A stretch of DNA of 64,000 nt from a virus (taxonomy: Duplodnaviria > Caudoviricetes), in the IMG/VR virus record IMGVR_UViG_3300020236_000037, positions 2,051-66,050 of that record, one strand, 5' to 3'. Under the pieces are notes generated by a model. That model made no database searches. It had not been told where the DNA came from and saw nothing but the letters and a program-made list of their open reading frames with translations. Of the stretch, positions 9,851-18,975 are shown piece by piece. Numbering within the stretch: position 1 is the stretch's first letter; the number at the start of each line of letters is the position of its first letter. The translations under genes and the position numbers were made by a program.

Positions 9851-12340
9851 ATGGGTGCGTTTTACACGGTCGCAGTAGATCGCGGTGCAACATTTTCGTT
9901 TATGGTGCCGATGGTAAATTCAAGCGGAGACTTGGTTTCTACGCCAACCAACTTAGTCGTAGCTACCGAGTACGTGGACTTTGCTGCCAATGGCACATGG
10001 CCGCACAAGGTGACGTTAGAGGCGGACGCCTCGGCAAAGCTCGTGCTCCTTGGAAAGGGAAGGTGGAGATTTACTGGCACTGTAACGGACTCTGATCCAG
10101 ATCGCGTGTGGCTTAATATAACTGGGAGCAATATAGAAAGCGTCTCGATCGAAATCGGCTGCGGGAATCCTGAAACATTTACTCAGCTCATGCAAGACAT
10201 TGCGCGCGCGCCTGCTGGCGCTCATGTACACTCGAAGCCAGGTGCGACATACACTCAGGGTTCAGGCGATATGATTGAGATCAATCGCCCATTGCACTGG
10301 CATGGCAACAACTGCAAGCTTGTACACAACCGTAACGAAAGAGAATCAACCAATACAATTCAGACTTTGGTCTATATTGGGTCATTACGAACCCTAGAGA
10401 AGTCATGGTTGCCACCAAAACAGCTTTTTATCACTGATGGTGTAACGTCGGGTATTGGAGTCACGACGCTTACAAGTGCCACAGGTGGCTTTATAGCTGG
10501 CATGGTTAACCAGAAAATCCGCCTACATACAGGAACGAATCTTACGCGAGGTGTATACGAGATAACTGCGCACACTGACACAAATACGGTAACACTTGAT
10601 GCTGCACCCGATGACGGAGTTGGAGGGTTGACTGGTGCTTCTGGTTATACACTGTCAACACAGAAGTGGGATATTGCACTTCCGCAATCAATAGTTCCCG
10701 TGGCGGGCTTTACCAAAGCAAACGATGGTGATGACGTAATCATCGATATTGGCAGGTCTCCAGAAGATGATAACGAAAATCATTGGAGCGGCATTATTCG
10801 GTTGTTGTCCGTGAACCAAAAGCAGTTGTGGTATGGCGGTGTTGCGATGGTAAGTGAAGTGCCAACGTTCAACACTAGCGGTACATTCAAGTTATCAAAT
10901 GGCACATGGACAACTGCCGCAATTAACTACAATGCCACATCAGCAAATGTACAGTCAGCTCTCATAGCTGCCGGCGGAACAAATTACACTGTAGATCCAT
11001 TCCGAGGAAACCTTGATACCGCACAGTATCGACTTCTTATAGACACTGGGTCTCAAACAAAAATATCAGACTTGACAATCGTTGACAATTTACTTGTAGG
11101 TGCTCCGAGTGCAGAAACGGTAGCTAACTGGTACGATCCCCTGACGATAGATCAGCCAATCCCTCATGACATTACAGAAGACGGTATAAGGGCCAGCTTA
11201 TTATCCTCAATTGATTCATTAGCTGAAAACATCATCATTGACAACATCAAGACAGAAGATGTGTATTCGGGCGAACCGCTTTGGAAGGTGTTTGATATTC
11301 GTCGTGCCAGAAACGTTGTGATCAATAACCTTGTTTCTGACAATTCCGTTACGTCAGTCGTTTCATGTGCAAGATGCCACAACGTGATGGTAAACAATAT
11401 TGATGCCAGTGGCATTCAAACAGCAACACAAAACGGCACGGACCTTGCGACCCAAAGCGGGCAGCTTATAGATTCGTGGGACGTCAGAAACTTGTCTATC
11501 GAAAACGCACGGCTTGCTTCTGATTCCGTTGGAGTTACAGGCCAAGGAATCCATTGCGAACAAGTGAATAGAGTTCACTCGTATCGTAACATTGGCTATC
11601 ACTCCACTCGTGCTGCAACATCAAAGCGTATGGTATTCCAGATTGGAGCAGCGATTGGTGCGCAGTGCCAAGCGATCACGTTTGATAACTTTATCGTCAA
11701 TGCCGTATCGGGTCAAACGATTGACATTGGTGATAAGGCGGCCGAGAGGGATTCTTTTGTTACGTACACTCACGGTGTCTTGAATACTGATGACGCAATA
11801 ATTCGCAATCAAACATACGAGCGGTTGTGGTTCTACGACTCAACGAAGGACGGGGTGCTAACAGGTACTGGTGACGAGTCACTTCCTTACAACGTCCACT
11901 ACATGCACGACTCAATGCTGGAATATGAAATCAATCGCAAGGTCATGCTAGATGCAAATTTGGATGACGAATGGCTTCTCATTGGTAGCTGCATTGCAAT
12001 CAAGACGATGAGTATTTACTGTTCAAACTGGGCGGGCGTAGGTGGTCAGCTATTGTTGCGAACTGTTGGTGGTGCGTTTCGTAATCTACTTGGAACGCCA
12101 ATTTCCGTACCAAGTAGTGGTGCATCGTGGGCTGTGCTTGGCGGATACGACATGGATATTTACACTAAAGAAAGTTCCACTAAGCCGATGAGCCACACAG
12201 ACACCGCAAATGACAGAATGAAAAAGTTGCGTTATGACACAAACGGAACAATGACGACGTCAGATTTCTTCATTATCCGTGCTACCCTTATCGGCTACAG
12301 AGAAGAAATGGCGTATGAGGTAGACGGGAACGAAGTGTGA
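9851..12340 (+). CDS. large pectin-lyase-like (right-handed beta-helix) virion protein
   Basis: 829-aa ORF; NIIIDNI/NVVINNL/NVMVNNI beta-helix repeats. Confidence 0.55.
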   Translation: MGAFYTVAVDRGATFSFMVPMVNSSGDLVSTPTNLVVATEYVDFAANGTWPHKVTLEADASAKLVLLGKGRWRFTGTVTDSDPDRVWLNITGSNIESVSIEIGCGNPETFTQLMQDIARAPAGAHVHSKPGATYTQGSGDMIEINRPLHWHGNNCKLVHNRNERESTNTIQTLVYIGSLRTLEKSWLPPKQLFITDGVTSGIGVTTLTSATGGFIAGMVNQKIRLHTGTNLTRGVYEITAHTDTNTVTLDAAPDDGVGGLTGASGYTLSTQKWDIALPQSIVPVAGFTKANDGDDVIIDIGRSPEDDNENHWSGIIRLLSVNQKQLWYGGVAMVSEVPTFNTSGTFKLSNGTWTTAAINYNATSANVQSALIAAGGTNYTVDPFRGNLDTAQYRLLIDTGSQTKISDLTIVDNLLVGAPSAETVANWYDPLTIDQPIPHDITEDGIRASLLSSIDSLAENIIIDNIKTEDVYSGEPLWKVFDIRRARNVVINNLVSDNSVTSVVSCARCHNVMVNNIDASGIQTATQNGTDLATQSGQLIDSWDVRNLSIENARLASDSVGVTGQGIHCEQVNRVHSYRNIGYHSTRAATSKRMVFQIGAAIGAQCQAITFDNFIVNAVSGQTIDIGDKAAERDSFVTYTHGVLNTDDAIIRNQTYERLWFYDSTKDGVLTGTGDESLPYNVHYMHDSMLEYEINRKVMLDANLDDEWLLIGSCIAIKTMSIYCSNWAGVGGQLLLRTVGGAFRNLLGTPISVPSSGASWAVLGGYDMDIYTKESSTKPMSHTDTANDRMKKLRYDTNGTMTTSDFFIIRATLIGYREEMAYEVDGNEV

Positions 12341-12341
12341 C

Positions 12342-12593
12342 ATGGGAAACTTACTCAACGATTTACTCGGAGAAACACAAGGCTTAATCGACACGCGATC
12401 CAAGCGGATGTCAATTGCAGGAAATGGCCCATTGTCGACTGGAACGATCAAGTCGTCGTCGAGACTTTCTTCAGCTTGGTGGTACAATGGTAACTCAGTT
12501 GACGTTACGTACGCAGAGATGGACGATTACCAACCAGTTCAAAGTATGGACGATTACCAACCAGTTCAAGGTATGGACGAATTTCTGCTATAG
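12342..12593 (+). CDS. small protein sharing the N-terminal module of 7557..9122
   Basis: IDTRSKRMSIAGNGPL versus IDTQSKRMSIVGNGPL. Confidence 0.6.
   Translation: MGNLLNDLLGETQGLIDTRSKRMSIAGNGPLSTGTIKSSSRLSSAWWYNGNSVDVTYAEMDDYQPVQSMDDYQPVQGMDEFLL
12519..12580 (+). repeat. 27-bp in-frame tandem repeat (about 2.3 copies)
   Basis: atggacgattaccaaccagttcaa(a/g)gt twice plus a partial copy; encodes MDDYQPVQ(S/G). Confidence 0.9.
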
Positions 12594-12601
12594 GTGATGT
12601 A

Positions 12602-12982
12602 ATGGGTGTAATAATTCATCAAGCAACTGTAATCCCAGGTGGCGGCATATCGCTGATGGCAAGGATCAGGAAGTGGGATACTTCATACATCAGGATAGCT
12701 GACATCTCGCAGATAGACTATGACGTATACGACATGGCTGATGGGACCCTTGGGATTAACGGAACTCTCGCAGCAGCAGACGTCGTGTTCGATACGCTGC
12801 AGATCGACCCTGCGTGGGATGCGGACGCGATTGGCTATAACTTCAAATGGGATGCTCCGGAAACGATAACGCCATCATCAAACAAGGTGTACCAGGCGCA
12901 GGTGATAATTACCCTCAGTTCGGGTGCGGACATTGCCATACCTCCATGGGAGCTCACTACGACAAACATCATTGGAAAGTAG
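12602..12982 (+). CDS. hypothetical protein (Ig-like/structural?)
   Basis: Packed ORF with GGTG RBS. Confidence 0.55.
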   Translation: MGVIIHQATVIPGGGISLMARIRKWDTSYIRIADISQIDYDVYDMADGTLGINGTLAAADVVFDTLQIDPAWDADAIGYNFKWDAPETITPSSNKVYQAQVIITLSSGADIAIPPWELTTTNIIGK

Positions 12983-13020
12983 TTTGACACTGCAGTCTTA
13001 ATGTAGATAGCGGGGCATTG

Positions 13021-13302
13021 ATGGATGACAAGAAAAAAGATACGCATGAATTGCAGGTCTGCAAATATCCTGAATGCCAGGGAATCAATCTGTGGGTTGC
13101 CGAACACGACGCCAGGACAAACGCCTGGTGGACACAACAGCACAGGGATAACGAAGCAATGTTCAAAAAACTAAGATGCATTGACACGCGAGTCACCACG
13201 ATCGAGAAGAAGATCATGCTAGTGTGCGGTGTCTTTGCCGGTCTCGGTGCGCTACTTGGTAACGCACTTCCATTTCTTTTCGAACACTGGAAGGGACCGT
13301 AG
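13021..13302 (+). CDS. small coiled-coil protein with C-terminal TM helix (holin/XhlA-like architecture)
   Basis: ...RVTTIEKKIMLVCGVFAGLGALLGNALPFLF. Confidence 0.5.
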   Translation: MDDKKKDTHELQVCKYPECQGINLWVAEHDARTNAWWTQQHRDNEAMFKKLRCIDTRVTTIEKKIMLVCGVFAGLGALLGNALPFLFEHWKGP

Positions 13303-13382
13303 CATGGCACCTGGTGACAAACGAACTGAGAAGGAAGCCGCGGCGCATTGACTGGGACTTACTCTAATACACGAGGCCAAGC

Positions 13383-13634
13383 ATGGCACGTTCAATAGCA
13401 AATATGATCACTCCAGCTGATGGGGCGATATCGATAACCCCAAGCGACACAGTTGATCTAGCGTCAATTTCACGCGCTATATACGTTGGCACACCAGGAG
13501 CCCTCAAGGTCGACATGGCAGACGACACAACAGTAACTTTTGTCGGCATGCTAGGTGGAACAGTGTACCCAATCAGAGCGAAGCGAGTTTATTCAACAGG
13601 CACAGTTGCATCTAACTTAATAGCACTTCTGTAA
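13383..13634 (+). CDS. head spike base protein, RCAP_rcc01079-like
   Basis: ITPSDTVDL..SRAIYVG..GALKVDM.D...VTF..M..G..YPIRAKRVYSTGT.ASNLIAL matches that family from memory. Confidence 0.75.
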   Translation: MARSIANMITPADGAISITPSDTVDLASISRAIYVGTPGALKVDMADDTTVTFVGMLGGTVYPIRAKRVYSTGTVASNLIALL

Positions 13635-13653
13635 GATTTCACAGGGTACATCA

Positions 13654-13860
13654 TTGGAAGACTACACCAACAGCAGGGATGTCAGCTTAATCCTCGGATA
13701 CCTTGTGTATACGATGGGAGGACACATCTCGCTGAGAGAGAAAGACCTCAACAACTTCTCGGTTCTTGCTAGAGGAAAAAGCCTTCAGCTTTACGTAGAT
13801 AGTGATGCCGAGAGGAAGACCGTAGTTGTAATTCCCGCACAAAGAGGCCCAGAAGGATAG
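13654..13860 (+). CDS. hypothetical protein
   Basis: Short ORF filling the gap; TTG start. Confidence 0.35.
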   Translation: MEDYTNSRDVSLILGYLVYTMGGHISLREKDLNNFSVLARGKSLQLYVDSDAERKTVVVIPAQRGPEG

Positions 13861-13867
13861 GATTCGC

Positions 13868-14233
13868 ATGGCTTGGTCAGCAGCTGAAGAGGAAGTCATC
13901 AGGTGGCAGCTCAATATCCCAGGGACTCAAACAGCACCATTAACCTCGCCTGCTGACGGTAGCGTTGCGAAGGCTGCTGAAACTGCAGAAGATGCGGTCA
14001 AATACACCACTGTGGCTACTGGTTCTTCTGCTACGTCGATCGAGACGAACCTTGGATCACCTGCACTAAACTACTATAGGTACGGGGTGCTGGTGTTTCT
14101 CGACTCTGCCAATAAGCCACAGGCAAGGCCAATCACAGCGTCAACAATAACTGGCACGTTGACAATATTCCCTGGAGTTTCACCAACACCTTCATCCGGT
14201 GACAGGATAGTTATTGTTGGATATGCAGGATGA
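13868..14233 (+). CDS. small structural protein sharing a module with 6349..7560
   Basis: GSSATSI...YYRYGVLVFLD...QARPIT resembles SGTTLTM...YWVGSLIYFTSG..GQTRLIT. Confidence 0.55.
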   Translation: MAWSAAEEEVIRWQLNIPGTQTAPLTSPADGSVAKAAETAEDAVKYTTVATGSSATSIETNLGSPALNYYRYGVLVFLDSANKPQARPITASTITGTLTIFPGVSPTPSSGDRIVIVGYAG

Positions 14234-14263
14234 CCCACGCAACCCACACAGTCAGGAATTACA

Positions 14264-15415
14264 ATGAGCAGTGACCTAGCAAGCAACTTACACGCAGCAT
14301 TGAAGGGTGGAGGCGACCTTGGAGATGACGCCATCATCCAGGAGGATGCACTGCTGGACGAGGCAGTCGACACACAGGAAGAAGATTCTGGCGGACAAAA
14401 GGATTCTACTGTCGAAGGCGAGGACAGCTCAGGTAAGCCACCACCTTACGTCAGTGTGCCAGATGAAGTGGCGGCGAAAGAGACCGAGGAGAAGGAGGAT
14501 GGTGAGTCAGAGGCCGAAACTTCCATCATAGAGTACGTCAAGGAGGCGATGGGTGAGGACCTCGGGGAGAAGTACGCAACTGACGACGACATGCTGCGAG
14601 GCCTCCTGAATGCCAGGAAGCTCGTAGGGAAGCGAGAAGAGGACGCTCAGAAGTGGAGAGCTCTAGCCGCGGCTCCCGAAGAGACGCTCAAGTCATGGGG
14701 ATACTCGCGCGAGCAGGCGCAGGATATCCAGCAGGCAGCCGGACAGGCAGCGCAGCAGGCGGCAGCGCCACCGGAGCAGGCCGCACCCGCGGAAAGTCCA
14801 GAGTTCGAGGATGCATGGATGCAGATGGTCGAGAGGGACGAGAATGGACAGATCGTCGGAACGAAGCCTGGGGTTGATCCGACTGTAGCAAGCAAGCTGA
14901 GGACTGCCGAGAAGTTTGCCACGGAGCGGTACAGGGACATGATCTTTCATCCAGAGAAGATCATCTCTCCCATGCTCGACAGGGAGCGTGAGCGTATTAG
15001 GTCCGAAGTTACCGCCTCCATCCAGTCTGAGATGCAACAGAGTCAAGTTGCTGAGCAGGCGTGGGGATACCTTACGAGCGAAGACAACAAAGGGTGGATC
15101 TTCAATAATGGGGATATAAACTCTGGCCTATCAGAAGAAGGAGTCCGGTTCAAGGACTACGTTGAGGAGGCCACAGCTGTCGGACATAACCCAAATGACA
15201 TCAATGGGTTAGTGAAGTACGCAACAGACAAGATGGCTCTTGACTGGCACCGCAGCAAGATGGGGAAATCCCCAGCCGCACCTGGCGCACTGGCCGCACC
15301 TCCGAATGTAGCTCAAGCAAAAGAAGCTGACATAGATACCGAGCTTCGAGAGAACGAAACGCTAGAGGACGCGCTGTTCAGGATGACTGGTGTTGACCCA
15401 ACCAGAAGAAGGTGA
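14264..15415 (+). CDS. putative capsid scaffolding protein
   Basis: Highly acidic, helical and Ala/Gln-rich; lies immediately upstream of the capsid gene. Confidence 0.65.
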   Translation: MSSDLASNLHAALKGGGDLGDDAIIQEDALLDEAVDTQEEDSGGQKDSTVEGEDSSGKPPPYVSVPDEVAAKETEEKEDGESEAETSIIEYVKEAMGEDLGEKYATDDDMLRGLLNARKLVGKREEDAQKWRALAAAPEETLKSWGYSREQAQDIQQAAGQAAQQAAAPPEQAAPAESPEFEDAWMQMVERDENGQIVGTKPGVDPTVASKLRTAEKFATERYRDMIFHPEKIISPMLDRERERIRSEVTASIQSEMQQSQVAEQAWGYLTSEDNKGWIFNNGDINSGLSEEGVRFKDYVEEATAVGHNPNDINGLVKYATDKMALDWHRSKMGKSPAAPGALAAPPNVAQAKEADIDTELRENETLEDALFRMTGVDPTRRR

Positions 15416-15696
15416 CACACTTATGTAATGCCTTCTTGTATTTGTGTGGGGATACGAGAGGGCAGGGTTGGCAGGTCAGGACACCCTGTCACAGGCCCAG
15501 GCCAGCCCGCCCATTAGGACCACACGCTAGTATTAGCACATTACGGGACACCCTGAAGGCCAGGCCCCAAAGAGAAAAACGGCGGGACACCCATAACAGG
15601 CCCTGCACAAATCAATGTTCCCACGCTGGTTTTGTGAGTCCGTGACGTCGCACGACAGATAGATGCCGTCCGTCACCTGACATGGGGAGGTCTGTT

Positions 15697-16782
15697 ATGG
15701 CCGCTACTTATTTCGGTACAAGCACCGACAACTTTTCACGAACAGTCAATTCGACTACCGCTCGCTTCTTCCGAGATGAAGAAAAGAACATCCTACAGAA
15801 GCGCCGACTCACGGCTGCTCTCCAGGCGAAGGGAAAAGTCAGGAAGAATCAGTACGGTGACGAGCTGAAATGGCCCGTCCGGTACAAGAGGACCAAACTC
15901 GTCGTGATTGGCGATGTGGTCAATCTCAACTTCCCTCGTCAGAACAAGAACAAAACAGCAATCCTGCCGTGGGCTGGCTATGCGGTCACTGACAGCATCT
16001 CCGAAAAAGAGAAGGTGCTGAACAAAGGTGAAGCCGCGATCATCCGTCAGGTCTCCGAGATCATGTCCCGCCTGAAGGAAGACATGGAGGATCAGTTCGG
16101 CCTTGAGCTGTACAAGGACAGTGCAGCCAATCCAGGACGAGTTGCCGGCTGTGAGACTGTCTTCGTCGGAGCTACGGGAACCGACAACAACAAGACGTAC
16201 CTTCCCGTGGCTACCTATGCTGGACACAGCACGGCCAGGGGGCTTCTTGGAACATGGAGTGGAAGCTGGCCTGACGGCTCAGGTGACGCTCAGTACGACT
16301 GGTGGAGCCCAATTGTCCTCGACACAGGCGGGTCTGCCTGGACGACATCCGCATGGTCTACCGCGGCACTGGAGCAGCTACGGTACGGAATCTTCGCCAT
16401 GGAACGGACAACTAACCCACTCGATATGGTTCTGCTGACGAGAGGTGCGTACACCGATTTCGCCACGCTCCTTGACTCGAAGGAACAGATCCACACCCTG
16501 CGCAGCCCAGATAATAGCCTGCTCGTCAAGCTCGGCTTCGGAAGTATCTCGAACTTCGAAGGCGTCGACATCACATGGGAAGAAGGCGTCAACACTGGTG
16601 ACTCGACTGCCCTCGGGTATGGGTACACGTTCGACAAGATGCAGATCTGCACTCCGAATAAGCAGCTATTCGAGCCGGCCCCGATCGACTTCAAGATCGA
16701 GAGCTTGTCCGATCGCTACCTGGTTCGGTTCTGGGGCCAAGTACGGTCGAATCCACGAAACTCCATGAAGATTGCAGTGTAA
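15697..16782 (+). CDS. major capsid protein
   Basis: GGAGG RBS before ATG 15697; about 360 aa; HK97-like pattern (ILPWAGYAVTDSIS.KEK..NKGEAAII...NFEGVDITWE); position after scaffold. Confidence 0.8.
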   Translation: MAATYFGTSTDNFSRTVNSTTARFFRDEEKNILQKRRLTAALQAKGKVRKNQYGDELKWPVRYKRTKLVVIGDVVNLNFPRQNKNKTAILPWAGYAVTDSISEKEKVLNKGEAAIIRQVSEIMSRLKEDMEDQFGLELYKDSAANPGRVAGCETVFVGATGTDNNKTYLPVATYAGHSTARGLLGTWSGSWPDGSGDAQYDWWSPIVLDTGGSAWTTSAWSTAALEQLRYGIFAMERTTNPLDMVLLTRGAYTDFATLLDSKEQIHTLRSPDNSLLVKLGFGSISNFEGVDITWEEGVNTGDSTALGYGYTFDKMQICTPNKQLFEPAPIDFKIESLSDRYLVRFWGQVRSNPRNSMKIAV

Positions 16783-16833
16783 GCTGAACCTGAATGGCTG
16801 CAAACCAAAAACAATCATCATGAGGGTAATACC

Positions 16834-17415
16834 ATGAATTCAAGCCTTCCATTTCCGCGAGGGGCAACCTACTTCGACGGGAGCGTCCCCACTGGGTCAA
16901 CGTATGCTAGCGTGGCAGATATCGTTGGCCAGCATTTTACTGTCAAGGCTGATGGCCAGGGAGACCTGGGATCTAGCACTGGATACTCGGCAAGAACCGC
17001 AGGTGATCTTGAGCTTGTTGTGTGCCGGAATGGAGACGCCACGACACTTATCGCCCCAGCAGGCGTGTCGTTCGACGGCGCTAACCCTTACGAGGCTACC
17101 GACTACACCGGGGTAACCGACTACGGGCTACTCATTGATGACGCACATCTGACGGCAATCGCCGTTGGCGACCTGTTCTATTGTGTGGTCCGTGGCCCCT
17201 GCCATGCTAACCACACGGCAGGAGGTGCACCGCTTACGGGAGGGTTGACAGTGCAGTTTGGCGCTGTCGCCGGTGAGGTAACAACTGGCGTTACCACCCC
17301 AGCCTTACACAACATTGGCAGAGTGCTGGGCGAACAAACCGTTGTTGCCGGCGAAGCGGTGCTGGTAATGTGTGGCGACCAAGCTGGAACTGGAAACCAG
17401 GCGCTGACTGTGTAA
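16834..17415 (+). CDS. capsid decoration/cement protein, paralogue 1
   Basis: MNSSLPFPRGATYF...IDD...VGDLFYCVVRGP; directly after the capsid gene. Confidence 0.65.
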   Translation: MNSSLPFPRGATYFDGSVPTGSTYASVADIVGQHFTVKADGQGDLGSSTGYSARTAGDLELVVCRNGDATTLIAPAGVSFDGANPYEATDYTGVTDYGLLIDDAHLTAIAVGDLFYCVVRGPCHANHTAGGAPLTGGLTVQFGAVAGEVTTGVTTPALHNIGRVLGEQTVVAGEAVLVMCGDQAGTGNQALTV

Positions 17416-17440
17416 CCTAACTTACCCGACCTGGAACGGA

Positions 17441-17481
17441 AGAAAAGCGGCGCGTCTCCTTCTCGCGGCGCGCCTCTTTTC
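17441..17481 (+). terminator. possible intrinsic terminator
   Basis: gaaaag-ggcgcg / cgcgcc-cttttc stem followed by T-rich sequence. Confidence 0.4.
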
Positions 17482-17516
17482 AACTTTTGTGTCATTAACA
17501 TAAATGGTGGCGTACC

Positions 17517-18089
17517 ATGAACTCTGAGCTTCCATTCGAACGTGGGTCTACGTATTTCTCTGGTGTCTCTCTCAGTGACGCAAGCAACCCGTACAGTTCC
17601 GTAAAGCATCTGCTTGGACGAACGTTCTCTGTTCAGAACGATGGGCAGGCAGGGATTGGACACGATCCAACGGAAACTGAGCTTATGGTAGTCCGTAACG
17701 GACTAGGAGCTTCCGCAGGCCCAAACTCCGACGGCACTCTTGACGGCAGTATTGGAGTGGAGTATGGAGCCAATGGACATGAAGCCACGGCACTCGCCTC
17801 CGCCGCAGGATACGGTCATGTTGTAGATGACGCCTATGTGGCTGGAAGTATCCCCAGGTTCGATCTTTTCTACGTCGTGGTTAGGGGCCCGGTCTATTTA
17901 TCATCAACCGACGCGACTCTTGCGAATGGGGAAAAGGCCGGGTTCGGTGCAAGTGGTGCTCTTGCAACCGGCGCTAGTGTGACAGCACATGTTATCGGTG
18001 TGGTTCACGGGGACCAGGACGCCACTGCGCAATCAAATCTTGCCGTAGTGAACGTAGGTCATCCGGCCGGCATAGGGCCATTGGCATAA
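17517..18089 (+). CDS. capsid decoration/cement protein, paralogue 2
   Basis: MNSELPFERGSTYF...VDD...FDLFYVVVRGP. Confidence 0.65.
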   Translation: MNSELPFERGSTYFSGVSLSDASNPYSSVKHLLGRTFSVQNDGQAGIGHDPTETELMVVRNGLGASAGPNSDGTLDGSIGVEYGANGHEATALASAAGYGHVVDDAYVAGSIPRFDLFYVVVRGPVYLSSTDATLANGEKAGFGASGALATGASVTAHVIGVVHGDQDATAQSNLAVVNVGHPAGIGPLA

Positions 18090-18103
18090 AGAGGTATTGA
18101 AAA

Positions 18104-18628
18104 ATGACTACGGACCTGCCATTCGAACGTGGCTCTACGTATTTCGAAAGCAACCCGTTCGCACTTGCTGAGTCGACCATTGCTTCTGTAGCTCACCTGC
18201 TTGGGAGAACCTTCACTGTAGAGAGCAACCACGAGGGTGGGACCGATACTGAGATAATGATAGTTCATAACGGAACCGGGCTTGTAATCCCAAAGTCGAT
18301 CGGATTGTCTTTTGACAATAACCCATACGATGCAACTGCAGGCGCTGGCGTTAATGCGTATGGTTTCGTGTCTGACGACGAAATGAATATCGACGTTCCG
18401 GTAAATGACCTGCTCTATGTCGTTACGAAGGGACTTTGCTACACGTTAGTTCAATTCGCTGGAACGTTTTCCAACGGCGACCCAATTAAATTCACCTCCG
18501 CCGGACAGGTTGGCCCAGCTGCAGGAACTGGTCATGTCATCGGCGTTGCGCATGGGACTCAAACTGTCTCTACATCTGGACCTTTGCTCGCAAACCTAGG
18601 ACACCCAGCAGCCATCGGGCCGACCTAA
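18104..18628 (+). CDS. capsid decoration/cement protein, paralogue 3
   Basis: MTTDLPFERGSTYF...SDD...NDLLYVVTKGL. Confidence 0.65.
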   Translation: MTTDLPFERGSTYFESNPFALAESTIASVAHLLGRTFTVESNHEGGTDTEIMIVHNGTGLVIPKSIGLSFDNNPYDATAGAGVNAYGFVSDDEMNIDVPVNDLLYVVTKGLCYTLVQFAGTFSNGDPIKFTSAGQVGPAAGTGHVIGVAHGTQTVSTSGPLLANLGHPAAIGPT

Positions 18629-18639
18629 TAGACGACTTC

Positions 18640-18975
18640 ATGGAAAACAAGGAAGCTGACCTGCTGATAGGTCAACTCATAAAGGCAAAGGACAATGCCC
18701 CCGACACCATCGGCCTGTGGGCCAAGGTGGTGGACACGTTCGGGGGTCAGGACAACTTTGCCGTTGCCGCCAAGAGGATCTTTGACGCCTGCGAGGTAGG
18801 ATCTGCACAGCAGGTGCGCATGATGTCGATGTTCTTTGACCTCTGCAAAACGGCAGCTGACAAGGCAGAGAAGAGTGACCCAGTAGATGAAATGACGCCA
18901 GAGCAACTGAGAGCCGCGCTCAATCACTTCATGCAAGAGGCTGTAACTGATGGCGCACGCCAACCCGACGATTAA
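18640..18975 (+). CDS. putative terminase small subunit
   Basis: Small helical protein overlapping the terL start; DEMTPEQLRA C-terminal motif. Confidence 0.5.
   Translation: MENKEADLLIGQLIKAKDNAPDTIGLWAKVVDTFGGQDNFAVAAKRIFDACEVGSAQQVRMMSMFFDLCKTAADKAEKSDPVDEMTPEQLRAALNHFMQEAVTDGARQPDD

Noticed and set aside
11700-11730. Partial gapped match to the array NN string (GGxCAxACxAT)
   Set aside because: About 9 of 12 positions match, which is expected by chance in a window this size
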